Source: a virus. From it: 64,000 nucleotides of DNA. Numbering within the stretch: the first letter of the stretch is position 1; each line of letters starts with the position of its first letter. A model generated the notes under the pieces. That model was not told the DNA's origin. It ran no database searches and worked only from the letters and a program-made list of their open reading frames with translations. The translations under genes and the position numbers were made by a program. The DNA lies in the IMG/VR virus record IMGVR_UViG_3300015371_000003, positions 32,001-96,000 of that record, one strand, 5' to 3'. Shown in pieces: positions 27,056 through 35,076 of this stretch.

Positions 27056-28232
27056 GGCGTTACAGGAATTGGAACAGCTTGTGGCAGAAGAAGCCGCGTC
27101 ATCGGACACGGGTGAAGATTTGCCAGAGTATGATCCGCTGCCTGAAGACGATGACGATGTGTCAGTCACGTTTCTGGCTGGTCCTGCGGTGAAATGGGAT
27201 CCATCCAAGCACCCGCGTGACAAAGAGGGGCAGTTCACGGACACCGTAGGCACCATCCGAGGAGTGGTTCGCACCACCGCTGAACAGGCCCGCCGGGATC
27301 TGGTCGCACTCGGGAAGAAGGTGGAGCAGTTAGACCACCGTCATGCGAAAGCCGCCGAGGAATCGCGGGTAGCGTGGGCGGCGTTCATGAAAGACGCACG
27401 GGAGCGGAAACGTCCCCTGAAGATTGACGGGGCGGCGGCGAAGAAATTGCCGTCCTACAAAGCCGCGCAAGCCGCCGATGCCAAGGTCATCGCCATTTCC
27501 GAGGAGACATCCCGAGTCGCCAGAGAAGTCAACAAAGAAGCGTTACGACAACTCGTGGTGCCGGAACGGGAGCGGTCCCTTGTGGAGTTTCTGGTTCCCG
27601 AGGGGCAATTGAATCCGGATCCACGGATTGAAGCTGGAATTGGCGACCACGCGAAGCGAGCGTTGGATGTCTTCCGCAAGTACGATGGGTCCGGGGAGTT
27701 GATGGGCGTCCCCATTCCACCGGGGAAAGAAGAACAGTTCAAAGAGATTTTTGGGGACGTGGAGTTTGAACATCTGCCGGATGGAAGTACGTGGGTGACG
27801 AAGAAGCTCCGGTTGACGCGGGCACCGGCTGGTGCGCGGGCCAATGCGTCGGCGTTTGGGGTACAAATTGGTGGGACTCGTGAGTTGGAGCGGACCATCT
27901 ATCACGAGGTGGCGCACCATGTGGAGTTTGCCAACTCGGACATTTATCAGGCCGCTGTGGATCTGCGGGCTTCGCTTGCCAGCGAGTCTACGCCCAAGTC
28001 CTTGAATGACTTGAAGGGCGTGGGTGGGTATGGACCCGAAGAAATTGCGCTGCCGGGAAAATTTCTCGATTCGTATGTGGGCAAGGTCTATCCGGAGGAT
28101 GCACGGGCCACAGAAATGTTGTCCACCGGGATGGAGTACTATCTGACGGACCCGATTCGATTTGCCCGAGAAGCCCCCGAGCATTTCAAGTTTGTGTGGA
28201 ACGTGATGCACGGGAAGTATCGGAGGAAGTAA
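27036..28232 (+). CDS. Tagged zincin (HExxH) metallopeptidase-like protein
   Basis: Acidic leader, AVKWDPSKHPRDKEGQF, IYHEVAHHVE…YVGKVY…TEMLSTGME. Confidence 0.65.
   Translation: MTESLDKALQELEQLVAEEAASSDTGEDLPEYDPLPEDDDDVSVTFLAGPAVKWDPSKHPRDKEGQFTDTVGTIRGVVRTTAEQARRDLVALGKKVEQLDHRHAKAAEESRVAWAAFMKDARERKRPLKIDGAAAKKLPSYKAAQAADAKVIAISEETSRVAREVNKEALRQLVVPERERSLVEFLVPEGQLNPDPRIEAGIGDHAKRALDVFRKYDGSGELMGVPIPPGKEEQFKEIFGDVEFEHLPDGSTWVTKKLRLTRAPAGARANASAFGVQIGGTRELERTIYHEVAHHVEFANSDIYQAAVDLRASLASESTPKSLNDLKGVGGYGPEEIALPGKFLDSYVGKVYPEDARATEMLSTGMEYYLTDPIRFAREAPEHFKFVWNVMHGKYRRK
27192..27242 (+). repeat. Tag repeat KWDPSKHPRDKEGQFTD
   Basis: See 24279. Confidence 0.8.
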
Positions 28233-28459
28233 TGGTGGAAGTCGAAGTGTACGGCGAACGAGCACGGTGCCAAAACGGGGTGTGGACGGCGGAGAGTCAG
28301 GCGCTGACGGATCTGCTGAACGCTCCGTGGAATCAGCCGGATGCCTTCCGGTATCGGCTGGATCCGGATATCGATGCGGCGGAGCACGTCGTGAAGACGA
28401 TGGGCGCACAGGTGATTTCCACCGAACCCCCGCCCACTGAACCCGGCGTGGTGTACTGA
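28232..28459 (+). CDS. Small acidic protein (candidate partner/immunity protein)
   Basis: TAATG-coupled to the zincin gene, SD ggagg, 75 aa. Confidence 0.55.
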   Translation: MVEVEVYGERARCQNGVWTAESQALTDLLNAPWNQPDAFRYRLDPDIDAAEHVVKTMGAQVISTEPPPTEPGVVY

Positions 28460-28472
28460 CGAAACCTTAGGA

Positions 28473-28490
28473 GTTGCACTTGAGTGCAAC
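28473..28490. promoter_or_regulatory. Perfect inverted repeat GTTGCACT-TG-AGTGCAAC (operator-like)
   Basis: 8-bp inverted repeat in the gap before the kinase gene; related boxes occur elsewhere. Confidence 0.6.
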
Positions 28491-28502
28491 GGAGCAACGC
28501 CG

Positions 28503-30311
28503 ATGCGGTCGTACCGAGACATTCTCCGGGGGGCATTGCGTTACGTCCACATCCTCAAGTGGGATGAGTCTAAAATTCACCGTAATCCTGCCGGGAGTCC
28601 GGGTAGTTCCGGGGGGCAGTTTGCGAAGATGGGGATGCGGGGGAGTGCGTATGGCACGGCTCCGGTGCCCTCCTCTGAAGCTATTGCCCGTATGCCAAGT
28701 GGGGCACCGGAAGCGATGGCCCACATGCGACGGGCGGGCCTGATCGCACAGCAGGATCGGGAGAAGTATCAGGAATTAGCCGCAGCGGAATCCCAAGCGG
28801 TGCGTCAAGGCGGCGGCGTGGCCGGATGGCGGTCGAGGGATAAAGCCGCAGAGCGGTACAAGGATGTGCTGATCAACCGCCCCCGTGCGGAGAATTTCGA
28901 ACCACCTCCTCCCCCACCCCCAGAACCCACACCAGTACTCACGTCTGGCAGTGCCACCAGTGTCGTGAAGAAATTGGGCGGCAGTTCGAATGCCTGCTAC
29001 GTCGTCCAGATGGAGGATGGTTCCAAAGCCTTCTTCAAACCGGAAGCCGGGGAGACGTGGGAAGCCGGGTTCTGCAACAACGACATTTCCACCTACATCA
29101 CCAATAAAGACTTTTCACTGGCGGAGCGGGAAGCCACCGCACATGAAGTGTCTATCGCGTTGGGGTTTGGGGAGTTGGTGCCGGAAACCCATCTCCGTGA
29201 ACACTTCGACGTGCCGGGGATCGATCTAGCCACCGATGATGAATCCGGCGGCGGTTACGATGAAGACTACGTGCGGAGCCTCTACAACCAGTACCATGAA
29301 AAAGCCCAAGAAAAGGCTTTTGATGAGGCTGGTGAGGAGATGGCGAATCAGTACTATGATGCTCAGCAGGAGCATTTGAGGGATGTCAAGAATCGCGCCG
29401 AGGAAATGACGGATATCTGGAATGAGGTAATTAAGGAATTTCCAGATGGTCCGGACTACGGATCACAGTCGGCGTTGCAAGAACATCCTCGTCTCCCGCT
29501 TGGGTCACAGCACTTCAGCCGCCCCCCGCAGGTCGGGGTGGTTGATCCACTGGACGTGTTGAAAGAAGCGGATGTGGACATCTCGGCGGCGATGAACAAT
29601 GAGGAGCGAGAACGGGTTGCGGACGTGTTCCGTGATCGGTTGAAAGCCGGTCATCAGGAACTAGGCGATGTGGACGAGGAAGCCGCCAAAGACGATCTGG
29701 ATCGGGATCAGTGGTACGAGGATCACCAAAATACCGAGGCACGGTTAATCGAAAGCAAAATTCAGTCGTTTGATTCGTGGCGGCATAGTCAGGGTTACGA
29801 CAGCGGCGATCAAGGAGGGGGCGGCAACGTCTTCAAGAATTCCGAGGCTCCTCATCCTCACGGCGGATCCCTGCAACGGTGGTTAAACAGCGGAGGCCGC
29901 GATGGGGATATGACCCATGAGGAGGCCACGCAATTTGCGGTGCTCGATTATGTGTTGGGCACGATGGATCGGCACGGCAACAACATCATGTTCTCCGGTG
30001 GGAAAGCCTACGCCATTGATAACGGTTATGCCTTCCCCGGCCCGGATACGCCCGATGGGTTTACTTACCGGTCAGATGCCGTACGGGAGTGGATGGGGGA
30101 TGACCAACACCGCGAAGTCCCCGAAAGCACCCGGAATGAAATCTTGGGAGCGATGAATCGGACGGACTGGAAAGCCTTGGTAGACCGTCACCCGAGCATG
30201 AGCCGGGAAGAACGGCAGTCGTTTCTGGACCGGGTGGACAAGATGAAAGAAGCCCTGTCCTACGCCGAGGGGTTGTCCACCCTCTGGCATGACCAGCAAT
30301 TGATGTATTGA
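28503..30311 (+). CDS. Tagged PI3K/PI4K/HipA-like kinase with a large acidic insert
   Basis: YVHILKWDESKIHR…GGQF tag; GGSSN…KAFFKPE; EREATAHEVS…VPET; LDYVLGTMDRHGNNIM…AIDNGYAF. Confidence 0.8.
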   Translation: MRSYRDILRGALRYVHILKWDESKIHRNPAGSPGSSGGQFAKMGMRGSAYGTAPVPSSEAIARMPSGAPEAMAHMRRAGLIAQQDREKYQELAAAESQAVRQGGGVAGWRSRDKAAERYKDVLINRPRAENFEPPPPPPPEPTPVLTSGSATSVVKKLGGSSNACYVVQMEDGSKAFFKPEAGETWEAGFCNNDISTYITNKDFSLAEREATAHEVSIALGFGELVPETHLREHFDVPGIDLATDDESGGGYDEDYVRSLYNQYHEKAQEKAFDEAGEEMANQYYDAQQEHLRDVKNRAEEMTDIWNEVIKEFPDGPDYGSQSALQEHPRLPLGSQHFSRPPQVGVVDPLDVLKEADVDISAAMNNEERERVADVFRDRLKAGHQELGDVDEEAAKDDLDRDQWYEDHQNTEARLIESKIQSFDSWRHSQGYDSGDQGGGGNVFKNSEAPHPHGGSLQRWLNSGGRDGDMTHEEATQFAVLDYVLGTMDRHGNNIMFSGGKAYAIDNGYAFPGPDTPDGFTYRSDAVREWMGDDQHREVPESTRNEILGAMNRTDWKALVDRHPSMSREERQSFLDRVDKMKEALSYAEGLSTLWHDQQLMY

Positions 30312-30314
30312 AAC

Positions 30315-30343
30315 TTGACATATCCACCATTTGGTGGTAAACT
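30315..30343 (+). promoter_or_regulatory. sigma70-type promoter TTGACA-17-TAAACT
   Basis: Perfect -35 and TG-extended -10 between the kinase and the small downstream gene. Confidence 0.7.
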
Positions 30344-30363
30344 TACTACATGGGGGGTGTGTG

Positions 30364-30588
30364 ATGCACGTGGAATTGCTGGATGTTTCGTCAGGAAATG
30401 AGGAAGTGTACGGCACCGTCCGGATGGACAACGGACAGGTGGTAGTCGAAGGGGACGTGCCCGCCCGTGTCAAACGAGATATCGAATTCGAGCGGCGGCA
30501 CACCGATGTCGGGGACGAAGCGTTTCTTCTGCGCCTTGAACAGCGGGTGTTCACAGGCCGGTATCTGCGGGCGCGATTCGTGAAATAA
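30364..30588 (+). CDS. Small protein with its own promoter (candidate kinase antitoxin/immunity protein)
   Basis: 74 aa, immediately after the kinase gene. Confidence 0.55.
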   Translation: MHVELLDVSSGNEEVYGTVRMDNGQVVVEGDVPARVKRDIEFERRHTDVGDEAFLLRLEQRVFTGRYLRARFVK

Positions 30589-30594
30589 TCCCCC

Positions 30595-33500
30595 ATGCTC
30601 CGTATCCACCCGCCGAAGGTGCAACCCATTGCACCCTCCCTTCTTGAAGTCCTGAAGTTTGATCCGAGTGAACCTCGTGATCCTCACGGACGATGGACGA
30701 CTTTCGGCGCGTCCATTCGAGTTGGGGACCGAGAGATTGCCGTAGTCAAACCAGCCCGCGCCAGAGACGATCAACTGGTCCCCCTGAACGTCGTCGCATT
30801 TGATACCGAATTTCAGCGGGAGCAGGGGTTTTATCTGGGCGTCGGTGGAATTGGGGGGATCGGCACCCGCTACCAACGTTTCGGGGACTTCATTGCCTCT
30901 CATGACAGCATCGAAGCGGCGGAAGTGTCCGTGCAGGAGAACGGGCGCGTGGGTTTCACCAACGGACGCCACCGGTATGCGTGGCTCCGTGATCAAGGAT
31001 TGACCACCATTCCCGTAGCCATGACCCCGGAGTCAGTCAGGAACGCCAAGAAGCATGGGTATCTGGCGGCGGTCAAGCTGGCGTGGGATGAGAGCCAACC
31101 TCGTGACGCTAAAGGACGGTGGGCAAAAGGATCAGCAGAACCTCCACCAGTCGGTCCACGTATTGGATTTGTGGGGCCGGATGGGAAGGAGCATGTTGGA
31201 CGTAAGACGGGGGGATTAGGAGGGTATTCCGAAGATCACACGGACACGGCTCGCCGGTTACTAGATAAGGAATACTCCACGGCACTGAGTCAGGCGCAAG
31301 CACGTGGTGGGGATTACCCAAATGCCATTCGTTTGATGTTGGAACAAGGAGCCATTCGGTATTGGGTGCGGAACGGGGAGATTGCGCTGCATTTTCAAGC
31401 AGGCCACCCAAAGACCGTCGAACACGTCATTCAATTTCTGCATGACAATTTTCAGGATGGGGATCGCATTTATATCGACATCGAAGGGGCCGAACCGCAT
31501 GTGCATTTTTTCGATAATGTCGGAGCCGCGAATCGTACTATTCGTCAGACAAAGCCACTCAAGAAGGTGGCGCAAGAGCATTCCTACGGCAACACCCAGA
31601 TTCAAATTGCTCCGACCAGTGCCGCCGCACTTTCTCTGAATATGGCCCGTGCTGCCATCCGCGATGAACATTGCATGGCAACCGGCAAGGATGTGGATCC
31701 GAACCATGTGACGGTGCGCTTCGGCCTCCTGAACGATGATCTGGATGGTCTGCGGTCGTTTATTGTCCGTCAACAGTCCTTCGAAGCTGAGGTCGGAGAG
31801 ATTGAACTATTCCCGGCCAGTGAGCACAGCGATGGAGCCGTGCCCGTCGTGGCCCGCATCGTCAGTCCCGAGTTGCATGCCATCGAAGCGGAGATAGGGC
31901 AGTATGCCGACTTCAAGGATAAGAATTTCCCCGAGTACAAACCCCATTGCACCCTTGCCTACGTCCACCCGGACAAAGCGGATTACTACCGTGATCTGTT
32001 CGTCAACGGATCGTTCGTGGTGCAGAGCATTACCATCAGTCATGCCTCCGGGGTGCAGGAGACGATCCCCTTCGGGATGGCCCAGAAGTGGGACGTGACG
32101 AAGCGGGATGGCAAGAGCACCCGCTTTCATAATCGTCCGCATTGGGCCGAGAGCCTACACCCACGTCAGCCTGCGGGATCTTCTCGCGGCGGCGAATTCA
32201 TGTCCACGTTGCATGGTCCTAGAGATGCGTTGGATTCTCTGCTCAACAAAGAGAAGAACGTCAGCATTGACCGGAATGATGTCCGTCGCTTTCTCGAATT
32301 AGCCGGGGAGCAACTGGAAGATCCGGACCTCACCGATTTGCAAGTCGAGGGGATGGAGATTTTTGGGGGCAATGGTCTGGGCATCAAACGTGATCAGATG
32401 CCGCAGATTCCCCGTGAGCATCGGCAACGATTTTTGAGAGAGTTGGTGGCGGCGGGTGTCAAGATTACGGAGGAGTCCGTCGATCCCCTCACCCTGAAAC
32501 CCACCCAGAAGGAAATCTCCGCCCGCCGGGTGATGGAGAAGATTACCAAGTACGAAACCAAGAACAAAGCCTTTCCTCCCCTCCTCGTCTCTCTGGATGA
32601 CCGAGTATTAGACGGCCATCATCATTGGGGCATGATGGCGGCATTTGCGCTGGATGTACCGGAGGCCAAGGTGCCCATCTTCCGGTTGCACATCAAGACC
32701 AAAGCCGCCTTGTCCATGATGCACGCTTACATGCGAAAGCACCACATCAAGCGGGCGTCGATTACCGGGGAGAAGATTGCAGCGGATCCAGTCACAGGAC
32801 GCTACGTTACACCTTTCGTCTCTTTCGAAAAACAAGGCGATGAACAACTCCGGATGATCGCCAGTCTCAATTCCAGCCGGTTGGCGACGTGGGGATTCAC
32901 GGCAGAGGCCGAAGTCTTGGGGATGGCCCGGTACAAGTTGACCGCTGTACTGGACGGTCGCACCAGCAAATTCTGCCGGATGATCAACGGACATATCTTC
33001 GACGTGCCGGATGCCCGCCGCAAGGTGATCGAAGCCCTGAACGTCCAAGACCCGAACGACTTGAAGACGGTGCAGCCGTGGCCCAAGCAAACCAAGGAGG
33101 CGATGGCTGAGTACGCCAAGATGAGTCCACAGGATTTTGTGGATCGGGGACTGCACATTCCTCCGTATCATCCCCACTGCCGCACGCTCCTCCGCCATGT
33201 GCAATCAAGTGCAGGGAAAGCCACCGAACCTCCGGTCCCCACCCTCCCTGATGACACCGAGGTGTTCCATCCGATCACCCAAGCGGACTTGAAAGAGTTG
33301 GGGGTGGAGGCCACGCCCGAAGAAGTTGCGTGGTGGAACAGTCAGATTGGGATGAGTCCCACGGAGTTGATCGCCAAGCTCACCGGCATGCCGCCCCAAG
33401 AAATTCTGACCAAGGGCAAAGGCATCGGAGCCAATCCTATTCGCTTCGATGAGGGGGGCGCGGGGAACATCGGCGTCCGAGCCAGAGGCGAACTACCGAG

Positions 33501-34002
33501 CGGCGTGGAATTCGCCATGGGCGCGATTCTCGATCCGTTCACAGGCATTTTCTACTTGTCAGAAGCCGCACTGGAAGTCGGAACACCAGCGGCAGAAATC
33601 TCGTTTCTCAAGAATCTGTTCTCGGAGATGATCAATACCGGCCTTCGCACGTCAGCGACCGAAGTGGCGGTGGGCGTGGCCGGGAATGCGGCGTATTATG
33701 CGAAACTCGGTTTCCTCCCCGATGATTTGGAGTGGGAGACGCTACGCACGCATACGTTGACGGAGCTAGAGAGCGGTGGATTGCAGGAGATGTTTCAGTC
33801 CTTGGCCCCGCTGGATCAGGAACTGGTGAAGCATCTGTTGCAGGATCAATCCGCGTCAGCCCTTTCCGCATTGGTGGATCTGCCATTCACCTACGAAGGC
33901 CGTACATTCGGAGAGTGGATGCTGGAAGATGCGGGCGGGACGTGGGGATTGGATCTGACGGATGAGGCGGTAGTGAACCAAGCGAAAGCCTACCTGTCAT
34001 GA
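30595..34002 (+). CDS. Polyvalent minor head protein: tag-ParB-like, tag-unknown, 2H phosphoesterase, tag-ParB/Srx, MuF domain, GNAT-like C-terminus
   Basis: NGRHR; HVTV…PHCTL (2H); LKPTQ…LDGHHHW; TAVLDGRTSKFCR…PPYHPHCRT (MuF/SPP1 gp7); AYYAKLGF. Confidence 0.75.
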   Translation: MLRIHPPKVQPIAPSLLEVLKFDPSEPRDPHGRWTTFGASIRVGDREIAVVKPARARDDQLVPLNVVAFDTEFQREQGFYLGVGGIGGIGTRYQRFGDFIASHDSIEAAEVSVQENGRVGFTNGRHRYAWLRDQGLTTIPVAMTPESVRNAKKHGYLAAVKLAWDESQPRDAKGRWAKGSAEPPPVGPRIGFVGPDGKEHVGRKTGGLGGYSEDHTDTARRLLDKEYSTALSQAQARGGDYPNAIRLMLEQGAIRYWVRNGEIALHFQAGHPKTVEHVIQFLHDNFQDGDRIYIDIEGAEPHVHFFDNVGAANRTIRQTKPLKKVAQEHSYGNTQIQIAPTSAAALSLNMARAAIRDEHCMATGKDVDPNHVTVRFGLLNDDLDGLRSFIVRQQSFEAEVGEIELFPASEHSDGAVPVVARIVSPELHAIEAEIGQYADFKDKNFPEYKPHCTLAYVHPDKADYYRDLFVNGSFVVQSITISHASGVQETIPFGMAQKWDVTKRDGKSTRFHNRPHWAESLHPRQPAGSSRGGEFMSTLHGPRDALDSLLNKEKNVSIDRNDVRRFLELAGEQLEDPDLTDLQVEGMEIFGGNGLGIKRDQMPQIPREHRQRFLRELVAAGVKITEESVDPLTLKPTQKEISARRVMEKITKYETKNKAFPPLLVSLDDRVLDGHHHWGMMAAFALDVPEAKVPIFRLHIKTKAALSMMHAYMRKHHIKRASITGEKIAADPVTGRYVTPFVSFEKQGDEQLRMIASLNSSRLATWGFTAEAEVLGMARYKLTAVLDGRTSKFCRMINGHIFDVPDARRKVIEALNVQDPNDLKTVQPWPKQTKEAMAEYAKMSPQDFVDRGLHIPPYHPHCRTLLRHVQSSAGKATEPPVPTLPDDTEVFHPITQADLKELGVEATPEEVAWWNSQIGMSPTELIAKLTGMPPQEILTKGKGIGANPIRFDEGGAGNIGVRARGELPSGVEFAMGAILDPFTGIFYLSEAALEVGTPAAEISFLKNLFSEMINTGLRTSATEVAVGVAGNAAYYAKLGFLPDDLEWETLRTHTLTELESGGLQEMFQSLAPLDQELVKHLLQDQSASALSALVDLPFTYEGRTFGEWMLEDAGGTWGLDLTDEAVVNQAKAYLS

Positions 34003-34175
34003 TCAAAGTGAAACCGATTACTTCCCACCGAGCAGGACCGGCCATCAAACCACTGGTGACGGTGCCTGCCAAGCCTCCGATGGTGAAGCGGTCCTATCAG
34101 CAATTGGTCACGCGACAGAACGTCCCTCCCGAGAGAGCCATATCTCTCCTGTTGAGCTTGCCTAGAGAAAAATAG
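33999..34175 (+). CDS. Small basic Pro-rich peptide
   Basis: ATGA-coupled 58-aa ORF MIKVKPITSHR…. Confidence 0.35.
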   Translation: MIKVKPITSHRAGPAIKPLVTVPAKPPMVKRSYQQLVTRQNVPPERAISLLLSLPREK

Positions 34176-34236
34176 TTGTTGCCTCTCAACCGGTCCTGTA
34201 AAATAACGTGCAATCAGTTGCACCGGGAGAGCCACC

Positions 34237-34755
34237 ATGCCCCTACATACGACCGGATTGACTTCGCGGCACGACCTCGATCATCCGGACGAGAAACCTC
34301 CTGCGAAGGCCGATCCGCTGCCCTATGAACGGGTGTTGAAGTTCAACCCCAATCATGGGCCGGATGGCCGGTTCACCTCCGGCGGTGGAGGCCGCAGAGG
34401 TGGGACGGAAGGTCCACCGCGAGTGGGAGCCTTCGGGCAGAAGCTGTCTCCGGCGGAGGTTGAGTTTCGGGTTTCTCGCCCGAAAACATATCAAGATCGA
34501 TTGAAAGGTTCAGCGGCACGAGCCGCGAATGATGCGAGGCTGGATCGACAGCAGGCGGAAGTCGCCCGTCAGCAACAAGAATCTCTCGCAGAAGCAACAA
34601 GAATTATTTCTGGAGTGACCTATGCCTCAGCGGGGCGTCAAGCATCGGCCCGCCAGATGCTGAGCAATGCGAGTCTTGCGACTCGTGCGACGACTACCAC
34701 GCACACGGGTTCGATGGTCGGAGGTGTTCCCACCAAGCGATCCACTTTCAGCTAA
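34237..34755 (+). CDS. Tagged basic hypothetical protein
   Basis: MPLHTTGLTSR leader; YERVLKFNPNHGPDGRF. Confidence 0.6.
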   Translation: MPLHTTGLTSRHDLDHPDEKPPAKADPLPYERVLKFNPNHGPDGRFTSGGGGRRGGTEGPPRVGAFGQKLSPAEVEFRVSRPKTYQDRLKGSAARAANDARLDRQQAEVARQQQESLAEATRIISGVTYASAGRQASARQMLSNASLATRATTTTHTGSMVGGVPTKRSTFS

Positions 34756-34767
34756 GGGATTCGGGTC

Positions 34768-35073
34768 ATGCCCATCACTTCCGGGTTTACTACCCGTGCC
34801 GCCGCCGCCGAGAAAGGCGAAGGCCATATCCACACGGATAAGTGGCATCGCTGTATTGAGCACGTGAAAGGCAAAAGCAGCGGCGTCGATCCCTATGCGG
34901 TGTGTACCCACAGCATCGGATATGCGGGATCGGTCAATCCTGAACATCGGACGGAAGGACGCCATGCGTCCGCGAATCCCAAGCGGTTCAAGACCAAAGA
35001 AGGCCAGCGAAGTGCCCGTGCCCGTGAGAAAGCCGCGAAACAGTCCTATGCGGAAGTCCTGAAGTTCAAATAG
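34768..35073 (+). CDS. Small basic protein
   Basis: MPITSGFTTR leader; KWHRCIEHVK…PYAVCT; ends in YAEVLKFK. Confidence 0.6.
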   Translation: MPITSGFTTRAAAAEKGEGHIHTDKWHRCIEHVKGKSSGVDPYAVCTHSIGYAGSVNPEHRTEGRHASANPKRFKTKEGQRSARAREKAAKQSYAEVLKFK

Positions 35074-35076
35074 TCC

